This document shows, piece by piece, positions 29,274 through 44,030 of a DNA stretch of 64,000 bases. This DNA comes from the human T2T-CHM13v2.0 reference genome, Homo sapiens. The notes beneath the pieces are model-generated. The model was given only the letters and a program-made list of their open reading frames with translations. It searched no databases and was not told where the DNA came from. How positions within the stretch are numbered: position 1 is the first letter of the stretch; every line of letters starts with the position of its first letter. The DNA lies in assembly GCF_009914755.1 (NCBI RefSeq), contig NC_060928.1, one strand, 5' to 3'. The position numbers were made by a program, and so were the translations under genes.

Positions 29274-29484
29274 GTAGGCAGGTTCCTTGACTAATTAAAC
29301 TTCCCTAGACTAAATATTACTGAGTTTATTATACTCAGAACTGGAATAGTGTAAGACATCAGAGAAAGCAAGCACCTACACTAAGAGCTAAGAATTAAAG
29401 CCCCCACTCTTCAGGTAAGCAAATTAACCAGAAGTAGTATTTTAATATGTAATGATTTATAAGGTCCTCTCCAATTTTTTTAGT

Positions 29485-29630
29485 TTTTTTCTTTTTTATA
29501 TTTTTTTGAGTAGAGATAGGGTCTCGCGATGTTGCCCAGGGCTGGTCTTACATACTCCCAGGCTCAAGTGATCCTCCTGCCTCAGCCTCCGAAGTGCTGA
29601 GATTACAGGTGTGAGCCACTGCACTCGGCC
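29485..29630 (-). mobile_element. Alu monomer (FLAM-like) in the last intron
   Basis: Antisense Alu left arm. Confidence 0.8.
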
Positions 29631-30209
29631 TCTTTTCCCTTTTTAAAGTGGTTGTTTTCCATCTTTCTCCTATTTCCCTTGCTCTTGAAATACAGCTAAA
29701 AAACCCCAAAAAAACAAAACTGAAAAAGAATTCTGGGCTTTGTAATGTTAGTATGAATTCCTAATATTGTGCTGTGGTGAAGAGATTGAGGGGTAGGTGC
29801 CTGGAAAATAAAGGGAATCACCACCACTGATGGGGAAGACTTCTATATATGTTCTCAGAGGTTTGTCAATTGGTGTTGTCTTATTCAGAATTTGATTACT
29901 TTGTTTGTAAAGTGAATAACTTTGCTAAATTTGTTTGTTTTATGCCGTAGAGATAAAGGGCCAGAAGTTTCATTTTCATAGCTTGTTAGTTTACTTTGAT
30001 ATTTGACAGTGTAAGTGGTATAATAAATCACTGATGCAAGAAATACATCTAAATAGACCATATGCTAGGAGGTATGTTGTTTTTAGTCTTCATTACTGGA
30101 TTTAAAATACTTAGAATTCTACAATTCTAATACTTGCTGATAGTTATTAATTGGTACAAGAATAATAGTTTGGCAAATAGTAACTTGTTTAAACTTAAGA
30201 AAACCTATA

Positions 30210-30400
30210 TTTTCTTTCTTTCTTTCTTTTTTTTTTTGCATGTGCCACCATGCCCAGCTAATTTTTGTATTAATATTTTTTGTAGAGATGGGATTTTGCC
30301 ATGTTGCCCAGGCTAGTCTTGAACTCCTGGGATTAAGCGATCTGCACACTTCGGCCTCCCAAAGTGCTAGGATGACAGGGATGAGCCACTGCACCCAGTC
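30210..30400 (-). mobile_element. Partial AluJ in the last intron
   Basis: Antisense Alu missing most of the right arm. Confidence 0.8.
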
Positions 30401-30594
30401 CAAAAAATCTATATTTTCCAATGAGATTACTATAGACTTCATTTAGGAAGTCCTTATAAATTTTGTCTCTGTAAAGCATAAATTTTGAATATAAAAATCC
30501 TCACTAGAGATATAGCAGCTTTATTTTGGCTATAAAACATTTAAGTGTGTTTTAAGTAATGGTATCCTCTTTTTTTGTCTCTTTTTCTCTTTAG

Positions 30595-30718
30595 TGAGGA
30601 CTCTTGTGAAGATATGAGTTGTGGAGAGGAGAGTCTCAGCAGCTCTCCTCCCAGTGATCAAGAGTGCACCTTCTTTTTCAACTTCAAAGTGGCACAAACA
30701 CTGTGCTTTCCATCTTAG
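30595..30718 (+). CDS. CCNG2: Cyclin G2, last coding exon (EDSCEDMSCGEESLSSSPPSDQE...CFPS*), PEST-like tail
   Basis: ctttag|T ... TAG at 30716-30718. Exon lengths sum to 1035 nt, giving 344 aa plus stop. Confidence 0.97.
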
Positions 30719-31981
30719 AAATCTGATTGTTCTGTCAGAATTTATATTTACAGGTTTCAAAGCAATAAATGGGGGAATAGGTAGTTTCCTGGTTTAGCCC
30801 CCATCTAGTCAGGAATTAATATACTGGAATACCTACCTTCTATTTGTTATTCAGATCAGATCTGGCCTATTTTCATATTTATCCTAAGCCATCAAATGGG
30901 GTAGTGCCTCTTAAACCATTAACAGTACTTTAGACATTGGCACTTTATTTTTCTCGTAGATCTTTAGCTACTTTGGGGAGGAGGGAAGGTGCTGATACCT
31001 TCAATTTGTTACTTTTCAAGATTTTTAAAAATAACTAGTGTAGCTTATCTTAAACATTTTATAAAACCTTCAGATGTCTTTAAGCAGATTGGAAGTATGC
31101 AAGTGCTTCCTTAGCAGGGACAGTGGATAATCCTTAATGGTTTATCATAGATTTCACCCTCCCCCCTTCTCAGAAGAGTGAGTATGCTCTTAAATGTCAA
31201 ACACATTTTTGTTGTTTTGTTTTTTAAATGATCAGTGTCTATTTGATGTGATGCAGATCTTATAAATTTGGGAATTATAATATTGACATTTCTGTGATTT
31301 TTATATATGTAATGTCTTAATTGAGATTTCTGTTAAGGCAGAAATAATTAGGCTAGGGCTCTTAGTTTTCATTCCTATTGCCCAAGTATTGTCAAACTAT
31401 GGTATTATTTTAATGTTACTTTAAAAATCCATAATCTGCTAGTTTTGCATGTACTTATATGAAAACAGTGCAGTAAGTTGAAAACTCAGTATCTATGGAA
31501 TTGATAAATGTTGATCTGGTGTAGTATATTTTATCGCATTTTCTTATATTAAAAAATGTCTGCATGATTACATTTTATTTCCTTTGTAATTTACATTTCA
31601 GAATAGTGTATTGCTATATGGGTGCCAAGATTGAATATGAAGAACCCGAGTGTTTGTAGTATTATAGTTTTAAGCAAATCTGTGTGGTGATACAGCCATA
31701 AGAATGGGGCTTATATAAACTCTGTACATGTAAGATTTTGTACAGAGAATTTTTAACTTTATAAATTGTATATGAACATGTAAATCTTTTAAAATGTACA
31801 TAAAATACTGTATTTTTTTACCTTGTGTGTGATAGTCTAGTCATTGCATGTAAATATAATTTATTATGTATTCTGTAGTATAAATCATACATTGATGACT
31901 TACATTTTTACTGGTAAGTCAACATCCGTTGGATGTTTTCTGAAGTGGCTCTTTTTGAAGTGATAATAGATTGTAATTCAA

Positions 31982-31987
31982 AATAAA
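31982..31987 (+). terminator. Poly(A) signal (mid 3' UTR)
   Basis: AATAAA with a dense UGUA cluster upstream and U/GU-rich sequence downstream. Confidence 0.65.
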
Positions 31988-34209
31988 ATTATTAATGAAT
32001 TCTCCTTGTTTGGGATCACATCTTAATTTTTAATCTGTTAAAAGTTCTTGATGTATTTTAATGAGAAGACTTTAGGTGAGGCTACAGTGATTCCAGAGTG
32101 AGCCTTCTAACTGGCTAGCAGAAGTTCTCTAGGTTTGGCATCTGTGCCTTGGAGATACTGAAAGAGAATCTGTCATTTGACAATTGACCTCTTTGTGGGA
32201 TGGACTCATTAAGTATGCTCTCAGAGACTGGTATATTACCAGAATGCCTATTAATTTTCAGTGAGAGGCAACAGGTATTAAGTAGAACAGAATGCTCAGG
32301 TTGGCAGATTAGAACGATCTTTCAGGAGACAAAGCAAGTTTTAATCAGTTGTTTGGTTAATAAGTATGGGGTGTTCGCTGTGATAGGGCCCCGCCAGCTT
32401 CTGGCTCTTGTGGACCTCAAAAGTATCAGGTGGTTTTGCAAGTGGTGGTCCTTTCCCCTGCCCCACCCCAATAGGTTCCCCATCTGTCTAGTTTGATTTT
32501 TGTAGACCTTTGTTTTCTCTAGTTAGAAAATCAGGTACACTGAATATGGTTTTCATGTAACACCTCTTCTCTGGAGATAGGGGTATGTTTTCCTACCCTT
32601 CTAGTGGAGAATCCTACTTGAGGATGACCTTTCCTCTCTTACTAAATAATATTAGTAAATAGTGGGCAATATATTCTGCTTTCAGATTTTGATTTGTTGA
32701 GATGTAAAAGTTGTTTGGGGCTTACCAAATCTCAAGACTCTCTTTAGCTCCTGCAGGATTGTATTGCTTTTCTTACTGGATATTTTTCCTGGGTAAGCAT
32801 CTTTGTGGCTTCATCTCTTCCCCCTGTGGTTTTCAGTGTATTTAGTCGAGACCTCTCTGCTGAGCTTGCAACCTGTTTATTCACATGGCCTGCCATGCCA
32901 CTTGGAGGTTTCTGATTACTCCCAAACCTGCTGGTTCTTTATGTCTTTCTCAGCGAATAATTCCATCTGTTCATGTTGGAAACTTAGGTGATATGCTCAT
33001 CTCCTTTTGCCTGTTTATGGAGGTCACCAGCCTCTATCATTTGTATGATTTCGTTTACACTGTTTATATCTCTCTGTCCCCCCTTTTTCTGCCATTGGCA
33101 TGGTTTAGACCTGTACTCTTTATCAGCAGAGGTACTGTAATATATTTGTGATCCTTCAGCTTCCAGGCTTACTCCTGGTCTCTGCCTTCCTATCTACATA
33201 TCCTTTTAAAATAAAATTTTAACTATCTCCTGAAAAATTGTTGAGTAGGTCACGCACAATCAGGAGAAAAATCTATTCATGACATACAAGTCTCTGTCTA
33301 ATCTGAACACTGCACCTGTCTCTGGCCTTTTTTTCTTGTCATTTCCTAGACCTTAAAAAATGTGTATTGAGAAAGAACTCTGTTAGCTATACAGAAGATG
33401 AACTGGGCAATATAGAGTAGCAGCATGGAGACCAGTCTGACTGAACTAAGGCAGTGGAAGTGTGGATGAGGAAGAGAGGTGAAAATTGAGAAGCGCTATC
33501 CTTTCTCTTTGGGCATTATTAGGAGGCTCACAGACAAGTCCAGGAGTCTGGTTATACCCTCCTGTGCCATTCAACCAGGTGGCTTTCCCATGACTGTGAT
33601 GAATAAAATTGAGAAGCCCCTGCCCTTTTCAGAGCAGAGGGTGAGGAGAAAGCTACCATTTTGTCCTCATCCTTACCCCCGTTGACTTGGCGAGAGATTT
33701 GACCTTTCAGGTTTTGATCCTGTCATTTTCTAGGATGTGGTGCACGCACTTTGCTGTTGCGCATGGTGAAGTATTGTGCCTAGGTCCTGGGTCTTCATCT
33801 GTTTGGCTCTGCTACTGTTTCCTCCTCCCAGGAAGTGTGGTTAGACAAATAATGTGTTTTAATTACCTGTCACACTCAGGATTAATACATACTCAGGTTA
33901 ACTGTAGAGAGGCATTGGCTTCAGAACACTCCTCGTGACAATTTTAACCATTTTCTTTGTCTAGAGTCTGCCTTTTTCTTTTTTACAATTTCTTTTATTT
34001 CAACACTAGGTTTCAATATGGTGTTCCTGCTACCTCCCACCTCCCTCCTCCCTCATCACACATGCAAATTGTCAGCTTATTGAGACAACCCACTTAGATT
34101 CATATATGGACAAGGACAAGGTATTTTGCATTTGTTACTGGAATTCAGTTTTCCTAACTATTTACTACCAGAAATGGTCAATAACTTACTTTGTGGTTAG
34201 CAAATCAAA

Positions 34210-34695
34210 TTGTGTGATAGATAGTTTCCCAGTATGATGGCCAGTCAGTCTTTCCATCCCTGTGCCTACATGCTGCTCTTCCCGTCCACAAGTGGAGTCT
34301 GTTTCTCTTGAGTTTTGGCTGGCCTTATGAATGGCTTTGCTTACTGAAGTGCAGCAGAAGAAATTTAGTATATGTCCAAGCCTAGGCTTTAAGAGACTGG
34401 CAGCTTTCCTTTTATCCTTTTTGGAAGCTAGCCACCATGCTGCAAAGAAGCTCAGCTGGATTACTGAAAGATGAGAGGCCATGTGGAGAGAGACTCTTGA
34501 GGATGAGAGATTATCTTGGATGTTCCAGCCTTAAGCTCCCAGCTGAATGTGGGTGTATCCTCAGCTACACCACAGAAAACAGAGGAACTACTCAGTCGAT
34601 CCCAATCAACCCACAGACTCACTAGAAATAACAAATTATTGTTTTAAGCCACGAGGTTTTGGGGGAGGGTTGTTAAACAGTAATAGATAAGTGAG
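34210..34695 (+). mobile_element. MLT1 (MaLR) LTR inside the distal 3' UTR
   Basis: AAGTGGAGTCTGTTTC..., GCCACCATGCTG..., AAATTATTGTTTTAAGCCAC...GTTTTGGGG...GTAATAGATAA. Confidence 0.72.
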
Positions 34696-34829
34696 ACAGA
34701 TTGCTTGTTATTTATGGTCAAATGGTGATTATCTCTGGTGAGATTACAGGTGATGTTTTTTTTAAGTTATGCCTATCTGTAGTTTCCTTTTTTTCCTAAA
34801 ATTGATTTGAATTATTAGTGTATTAACAG

Positions 34830-34835
34830 AATAAA
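34830..34835 (+). terminator. Poly(A) signal (distal)
   Basis: AATAAA followed ~15-20 nt later by CA dinucleotides; the last such signal before the downstream LTR. Confidence 0.6.
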
Positions 34836-35026
34836 GAATGAACTTTAAAACACACACGCTGGTTATATGCTTCCTCTAATTAAAATTCATGGCTCTCACC
34901 ACACCTTAGCATCAAGTTCCAACTTCGTACTGCGGCTTAGAAGACCCAGCTTGATTTGTTCCCGGCTCCCTTTTCAGCCTTGTTTCATGGCATCCACATC
35001 CACGTATTTCCCAGGCCCACTACATC

Positions 35027-35772
35027 TGAGATGAGTCAGAGACCCCTCTTAGGGGCCTGTTCCCTACTCCCAAACATGGAAATTAAAAAAAAAAATCGTG
35101 AGTTCTTCCAAGAGAAATTCCAGGCATCTGGCTAGCCCTGAGAAGTAAGAGAGAAATGTGATAAGCAACAAATAGCGGCTCAAAACAATAGCCAAGTAAG
35201 TTAGAATCATGGGATGTTTGGTTCCCCTATAGAAACTACAGATAACATCTTAATATATATCCCTGAGTTGTTTTCCAGAAACCTGAACCCCTAGCAAATG
35301 GATGCGCTAGCACATAGACCTCAGATAAGAGGGAGCTGAGGACTGAACTCTGACCACCGTTCTTTGTTCTAAATTTCTTCCTGAGAGGCCTGGAGGAGGT
35401 CATGCCCATGAGCCAGAGATTACATTTTTTTCTGTAGATTTCAAATGTTGAGACAAAACGTCATCTCCTTAACCAATCGCACACTAGAAAGTCTTTGAAT
35501 CCACCCCCACTTCGAGATGCCTTGCCTTTTTAGGTCAAACCAATGTATAGTCTCTATGTATTGATTTCTGACTTCGCCTGTAACCTCTGCCTTTCTGCCT
35601 TTAAAAACTCTTACCTGTAAACCATCTGGGAAATTGGGATTTAAGTCTTAGATGCCTGATCCTTCTTTGGTGCCCCGCAAATAAATGTTTTCCTTTCTCC
35701 TGCTGCAAACCTCAGTGTGGCTATCTGATCTTGCTGGGCCGGGTGGGTGGACCCCAGTTCTGTTTGATAACA
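35027..35772 (+). mobile_element. MER39-like ERV1 solo LTR
   Basis: TG...CA ends; GACCCCTCTTAGGGGCCTG, AAATTCCAGGCA, GAGGACTGAACTCTGACC; internal AATAAA at ~35680. Confidence 0.8.
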
Positions 35773-36048
35773 CCCCACTCACCATGCTTTTGCTCACTTC
35801 AGTGCCTTGATGCACACCATTTCCTCTGGCTAGAACACCTTGGCACCCTCATCTGGCAAACCTACTTACTACCTTAGGACTCCCTTCATTGACTTACTCA
35901 TTCACCCATCAGATATTTGAATGCTTTGTGTGTCAGGCACACTTGTGTTGCTATGGAATGCCAAACACAACAAACCCTATCCCTGCCCTCGAGGAACTTA
36001 CAGTCTAGTAGCAGAACCCAAAAATTCATGGCAAATAATAAAATGTTC

Positions 36049-36345
36049 AGGCTGGATGCGATGGCTCACGCGTATAATCCTAGCACCTTGGGAAGCCAAA
36101 GTGGGTGGATCACCTGAGGTCAGGAATTTGAGACCAGACTGGCCAACATGGTGAAAACCCATCTCTACTAAAAATAAAAAAATTAGCTGGGCATGGTGGC
36201 GGATGCCTGAGGCTGAGACAAGAGAATCGCTTGAACCCAGGAGGCAGAGGTTGTAGTGAGCTAAGATCACACCACTGCACTCAGCCTGGGTGACCGAGTG
36301 AGACTCCATCTCAACCACAATACCACCAAATAAATAAATAAATCA
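36049..36345 (+). mobile_element. AluS with an internal deletion
   Basis: Alu lacking the GTAATCCCAGCTACT segment of the right arm. Confidence 0.88.
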
Positions 36346-37874
36346 TGTTAAAAGGCTGTGACAATTTTTTCTTCCAAGAAATCTTTCTGGAACTCCCTGA
36401 CTTTCCTCTCTTTGTCAGTGTTACATGTTTCCATAAAACCCTACATTTTTTCTTATCCTAGAAATTAATATCTTGCTTGTGTGTCCCACTTATCTGCTAA
36501 CCTTACCTGTTTGCTCTGGAACAGCAGGGCCTTTTGTCTCTTTCGTTCTTTGTTGACTGCCAAGCACCCAGCACATTATCTGGCCCATACTCCTCATGCT
36601 GCTGTTGCTATTACTGGCAACAAGTAACTTTGCTGGCCACTTAATATGTTTCAGGCACCTTACATGAATGATTTTATCCTCACCACACTGCTATTAGACA
36701 GGTACTACTATTAGTCCAATTTTACATACGAAGAAACTAAGGATTAGAGAAGATAAGTACCTTGACACAGGTCTAGTAAGTAGCAGGGCCATAATTCAAA
36801 CAAAATTTCTCTGCCAAACACTATCCTGTTAACCACAACGCTAAGCTATTACCCAAAAGTTGATGATATTACCAAATAGTTGTTGATTGAATTAAATAAT
36901 AAAAATTCTTATAAAGAAAATTCTACTCATAATACCAGTAAAATAAATCACAGAATTCTTTTGTTCAATGTTTAAGTGCTCTCACCCATAGAAAGGAAAG
37001 GTGGCTAAGATTTAGAGTTAAAATATTTTTTCTCAGAAGCCAAAATAGGACACAAATGTAAAAATCCAAGACAGTATAGTGGCAGAGAATATAGGTATTC
37101 CTCAAGGGCTGGAGATTTTAATTTGCCCGGGACCTCTTGGTACTCAAGCCTGTGGGTCTTCCCAGCCCCTGTATGTCTAGTTCTTTTTACACTTTGATGA
37201 CAGTTTGTGCTTGATCATTCTGGGTTCCAATACTCACAGTGTTGGAATTCAGTGTTAGTGTGGGTGGAACTTGCAACCCCAGACAACCGTTTTGTTAAAG
37301 GCTTGCTTGCCCTTTGCTATTTTACTATTATTCAACGTAGCAATCATCTCACACTTACTCATTTACTGCTCTGAGGTTTGTCCAATAAATATTTCACATG
37401 TCTGTGGTTTATCCCCTTGCCTAAACTCTAAGCTTCTCGTGAGAAGAGACCATACAGTCTCCTTCCTTTATATCCTATGGGTGCCTAGCATAATAATCCT
37501 GGGTAAAAATGTGTGTCAATATTTTTCTACGTGGATCACACCTGACAATGTTTTTTTCCATTCTTGGTTGCAGTGAGTTATAGTTTGTAAAGGTAAACAC
37601 ACGTGAGGACAAATTCATGCTCTCCAGAGTTAGGATTTCAGATCATTAACAGGGCTTCTGGGAGGCCATTGCCCATTGCTACAATCACCTGTACCTATTT
37701 GAGAGTAAGATGTAGTGATGGGCATAGGCTCTGCACCAGAAGGCCAGTCCTTGAGTCCTGGTTTGGCCACTCATTGTTTGACCTGGCGAGGTGTTAACTA
37801 AAGTGTTTGTGCCTCAGTTTCTTCATTTGCATAAAGGAACTAATAACAGCTACTTGTGAGGGACATAGTAGTGT

Positions 37875-38495
37875 GCTGCGGATGCCCCAGCCTCTGGGAG
37901 TGCCCTTGGCAGGCAGCCTTCTGTGGACAGCCCCTCTGGGGACTGCCTTAGTGGCAGAGTACTGCCTCATCCAAGGAGGGCTCACATCTAATGACTGAGT
38001 TGGAGGAGGTATAAAGTCCTGGTCACTTTGGTGCCCACACAGGACAACCCAGGTGAATCTGTCCAATCTCGCTTCTTTCTTTTCTTTCCTTTTTTTTTTT
38101 TTTGAGACAGGGTCTAGCTCTCACCTGGTGACAGAATGTAGTGGTGCGATCACCACTCACTGTATCCTCGACCTCCCAAGCTCAAATGATCCTCCCACCT
38201 CAGCCTCATGAGTAGCTGGGACCATAGGCATGTGCCACTATGCCTGCTAATTAAAAAAAAATTTTTTTGTAGGGATGAGGTCTCTATGTTGCCTAGGGTG
38301 GTCTTGAACTCCTGTGCTCAGGTGATCGTCTGGCTTCAACCGCCCAACGTGCTGGGATTACAGGCATGAGCCACCACACCTAGCCCAACCTTCTTTCCCC
38401 TCTCTGTTTTGGGTGTTGATCCCAAGGGTATTCCCTAATAAACACAGTGTACCCTAAACTTTGTTTCAGAGTCTGCTTCCTGGGCAACACCACCT
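37875..38495 (+). mobile_element. LTR16-like ERVL LTR interrupted by an antisense AluJ (38075-38387)
   Basis: GGACAGCCCCTCTGGGGACTGCCT...GGTATAAAG...; 3' part CTAATAAAC...TCAGAGTCTGCTTCCTGGG. Confidence 0.65.
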
Positions 38496-39114
38496 GCTCC
38501 ACTGCCTCGTGGGGTTACTGTGTATTTAAATATGATGATATATGATAAAGCATTTGGAACAGTGGCTGATATGCGCTCAATAAATACTGGCTGTAACAAT
38601 TATCATCCCGTTTTTGTCTCTCTTCCTGCTAAGACTCAATTATTTATTCAACTATTACTGAACTAGTATGATGCAGAGTTATGTCCTAGGCACTGAGAAT
38701 GCCAAAAGGAATTAAAGCACAGTTTTTACCTTCAAGAAGCTCATAATCTAATGAGAGAGGCAGACATATCAATTACTATGTAATGTAAGAAATGCGGGAA
38801 TAGGAATTTGTCTATAGTGCTGTGTTAGTGTTCTGGCCTTGCCTCTGCTTGTATTCCTAACCTTCTGGATGAAGCTAAAAGGCCATGTAGTGTGATTCCA
38901 GTCATTGAAGGGAGGCCCTGAGGGCCCAACCTCTCCCCAGTTCCCCTCACATCCTTGTTACCCTTCAGCTCATTCTGCCATTCCCCCTTTTAGAATGCCT
39001 TTTCTTTAGCTAAACACCTTGAATCTGGTTAAAATGCAAATATTTCTAACAGGGCTTACATTTTAATGGGATTCAGAAACTGGTTTGAGCATATGTTAGC
39101 TGTGAATGTAGTTT

Positions 39115-40526
<1,412 letters not shown>

Positions 40527-40699
40527 ATAAATACTAAGATCTATCTTCCCAACCTCACAGGGCTGTGAAGACGGAATAAGTTAATGGGGAAAATAAAGTT
40601 GTGAAGCTCTTTGCAAATATAAGTTGTTGTCAGTGTGAAGGCTTTGCATATATTGTTCTTAGAGAAGGTTTTAAAAAACTACATCAAAGTATTTTTCTG

Positions 40700-41260
40700 T
40701 TACTATATCTCCTTTGTAAAAATGTAAGCAATATAGAGAAAGTGGATAATGCCTCTAATACTGTTCCTCAGAGATGCTACTGTCAACAGAATGACATTTA
40801 TCATTTCATTCTTTTTATGCAAGTATAAACATGTAAACTTTAAAAAAATGTATAAGCACGATCCTACTCTATGTATGCTTCTATAACCCACTTTCCTCAT
40901 TTAACAATATATCAGGGGCATACATCAGTGTCAGTAGATATAAACCTACTTCCTTATTTTTAAAGATTGAAGAGGGTTTTGTTGGATGCTTACGTGATAA
41001 TTTATTTAACTGATCTCTTTCTGATGGATGGCTGTATTATTGACAATTGTTCAGTATTTTAAATCAAAGCAGCAGTAAACATTCTTGCACATACATTTCT
41101 GCCTACCTGGGTAATAATTTCTTTAGGATGCATTTCTAGAAGTGAAAATCTTGGGTCCAAGAGAATGTACATTTAAAATGTATACTGTGTTGACCTGCAT
41201 CCCTGAAAGGGGATATAGATTTATATTCCCATCAGTAATGCCTGTCAGTGACAGTTTCCT
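40700..41260 (-). mobile_element. Old L1M fragment
   Basis: Antisense L1 3' motifs (TATTTAACTGATCTC...GATGG, GCAGTAAACATTCTTGCACATACA, TTTCTAGAAGTGAAA). Confidence 0.55.
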
Positions 41261-43671
41261 TACTTCCTTGACAGGTAATTTTGATGGGGAAGGGGGAGGA
41301 GGGTCAGAAAGGCAAATGGGGTCAATTCGATTCCTAAAGAATTCAGAGGAAGGTGTCACTAAAAAGGATGGGAGGAAAAAGCACAGACCCCAAAAGCTGG
41401 GCTCAGAAAGTAGGCAGTGCCTGACTGCCTTTTGGTCCCAGGTTCCAGCTCGCCCACCACTGAGAAACACACATCCTAAGCCACCAGAACATGGGGACTC
41501 CTTTCCATAGGATGTGGGAGGCAAGCAACTGCAACGGCTCCCCTTGGGCCTGGGCAGGCAAAAGCCTTTCTGTACAGCACTGGAGAAAGCTCTGCCTGCA
41601 GCTATACCTGCCTGGCCTCGGCTCTTGCCTCATCTTGCACATTAAGGAGGAGCAAGGTTGATGTGTCCCACGAAGGAATGATCAAAGTCTAGTAAAGCTG
41701 CCAACTCTAAGAAGTGGTGCTGCGCCTGAACTTGGGGCCTGGCTTGGGGAGCAGACATTCATCTTTGGTTGCTCCAGGGAAACATTTCATGTTATTTTCG
41801 GGTGGGGCATTGGAGAGGGGGAAAAGGTGAAGGTGGCAGACTCATATTTTACCCGCCTCCATGTCTGTGTTGTACCAGCTGCCGTAGTTCTTCTCTTTCC
41901 ATTTTTTTCTTATTAATTTTCTTAAATTGAAAAGATTGGAGCGCATTAACTTTCATGGGGAAAAAAACTTTAAAATACTGTTTGAATTCTCATCTTTTAT
42001 GTATCCATTCTAATACCGCAAATGTCTTCATGATATATGTTACCTGCCAGCTGTTGTCGCAGGGGGTTGTGTTTTTCACATAGTTTCCAAGGGCTAATCC
42101 TTTTTTCCTTTGCATCTTACACTAAGCAGCTTTAGAGCACAATGGTGCAGCTGCTTCACAGCTGTTGTCTGGACTTAGGGCAAGAGCCCTGTTTGGGGTT
42201 GAATGATTTGACTCCTTTATGCAGTTTCCAGGACCCTGAGTTCTGAGAACACACACAGGGCTGCTCAAGCAAGAATGAAATGAGCCTACAAGAGACGCTT
42301 CTCCTTTGTCTGAGGCACACAGAGAGAACTGCATTTGCTCACCCAGGGCCAGCCCCAGCAGGCTCTCAACACTGCTTTTCTTCCCTTTCTTGATGCTGTT
42401 AGAAAAACATGAAAAAGATGGCACAGAGAGAAGCAGACCTAGTTATCCAATTCTTAAAATCTTTAAAAGCCATACTCCTGGTTTGTTGAAGCCAACGAGA
42501 TTGTCTGCTCTTAGAGGGCAAGTAACCTACTATATTCAAGACCTGCAATTATGCTCAATAGATATGCATCATTTTATCAACTTGAAGAAATTAGAGAGGG
42601 ACCTAAAATGCTAAAGAGGGAGGCTGGCTGGACATGAGGCAGAGCTCATGGTAACCACACCTTTGTGGGGTCACCAGAATTCAAGGTGAGAACCTCAGCT
42701 CTGCCAGCCCAGAGCTAGAATCTATCACACGGAGTGGAACAGCCTCTTACTGAAAGAGAATGAGGATACCAAGTAATTAATTTATACTGAGCATTTTCCT
42801 TCCTTGGATCTAGAATATTAATGCCTGCCATCAAAAACATGTTCTTTCTGTTGGCAGAATACATGGGAAATTGAACGGTAATCAGAAGGTCCATGCTTGG
42901 GCAGCATGGCCACAGAACAGTAGGTTTGATTTTGAGCATTACTTGTCCCCAAACAGCTTTCCCAGTTAAGGTCATGAGGTGTTGTTGTTTTTGTTGCTTG
43001 TTTTTTACTCTCTCAGTCATTCATTTCCATTGCTTCTACAGAGAGTTAATATCATCCTTTACATTTTGGTTTGATTATATTACATGAGACTAGAATTCCT
43101 GTATAAAAACTTTATATCTTTTCTTGATCCTGAGAGCTCTGATGCAATCATTCCAAAAACGACTCTGCTATCCTAGAAGTACTTTAGTATTAAGCATTTA
43201 GTATTGGGAATTGGGTAGTATTATTTTCCCAGTAGACTTTATAGTATATTTGTAGAATTATAATTTTAAATATAGTTCAGAATTTCCATAAACATTAAGC
43301 ATTTTTTAAAAGCACTGAATGTAGAAGATACAAAGATAGACATGCATACTAGTTTTCTTCTTTTAGTTTTGCTACTAGTAACTAGTAGCAAAGAGAAAAA
43401 ACATAGGCTCTGCATACAGGGAGCAACACAGGACTGACAGGAATGTAAAAAATCCTGTGGAAGGAGAAGGAAGAGGGAAAGAAAGGAAGCTGCAGGTGAC
43501 ATGAGATGAAAGAAAGAGAACACAGTGGGGATTAAAACATGGAGGGAGGATTAGCTGTGGGAGCCAGTGAGTCCAGGCGAGTTCTGTGTAGGACAGCTGT
43601 TGGAAAGAGCCTGGGCAGGAGGAGGGCTTTCGGGTTTTAGTCCCAGATTTGTCCACAGCTGTCTGACCTAG

Positions 43672-44030
<359 letters not shown>

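Larger units (their letters stand above)
30719..34852 (+). other. CCNG2: CCNG2 long 3' UTR with tandem poly(A) signals
   Basis: AT-rich and largely repeat-free after the stop codon. AATAAA at 30764, 31982, 33210, 33602 and 34830. The distal end is inferred from the last signal. Confidence 0.7.
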
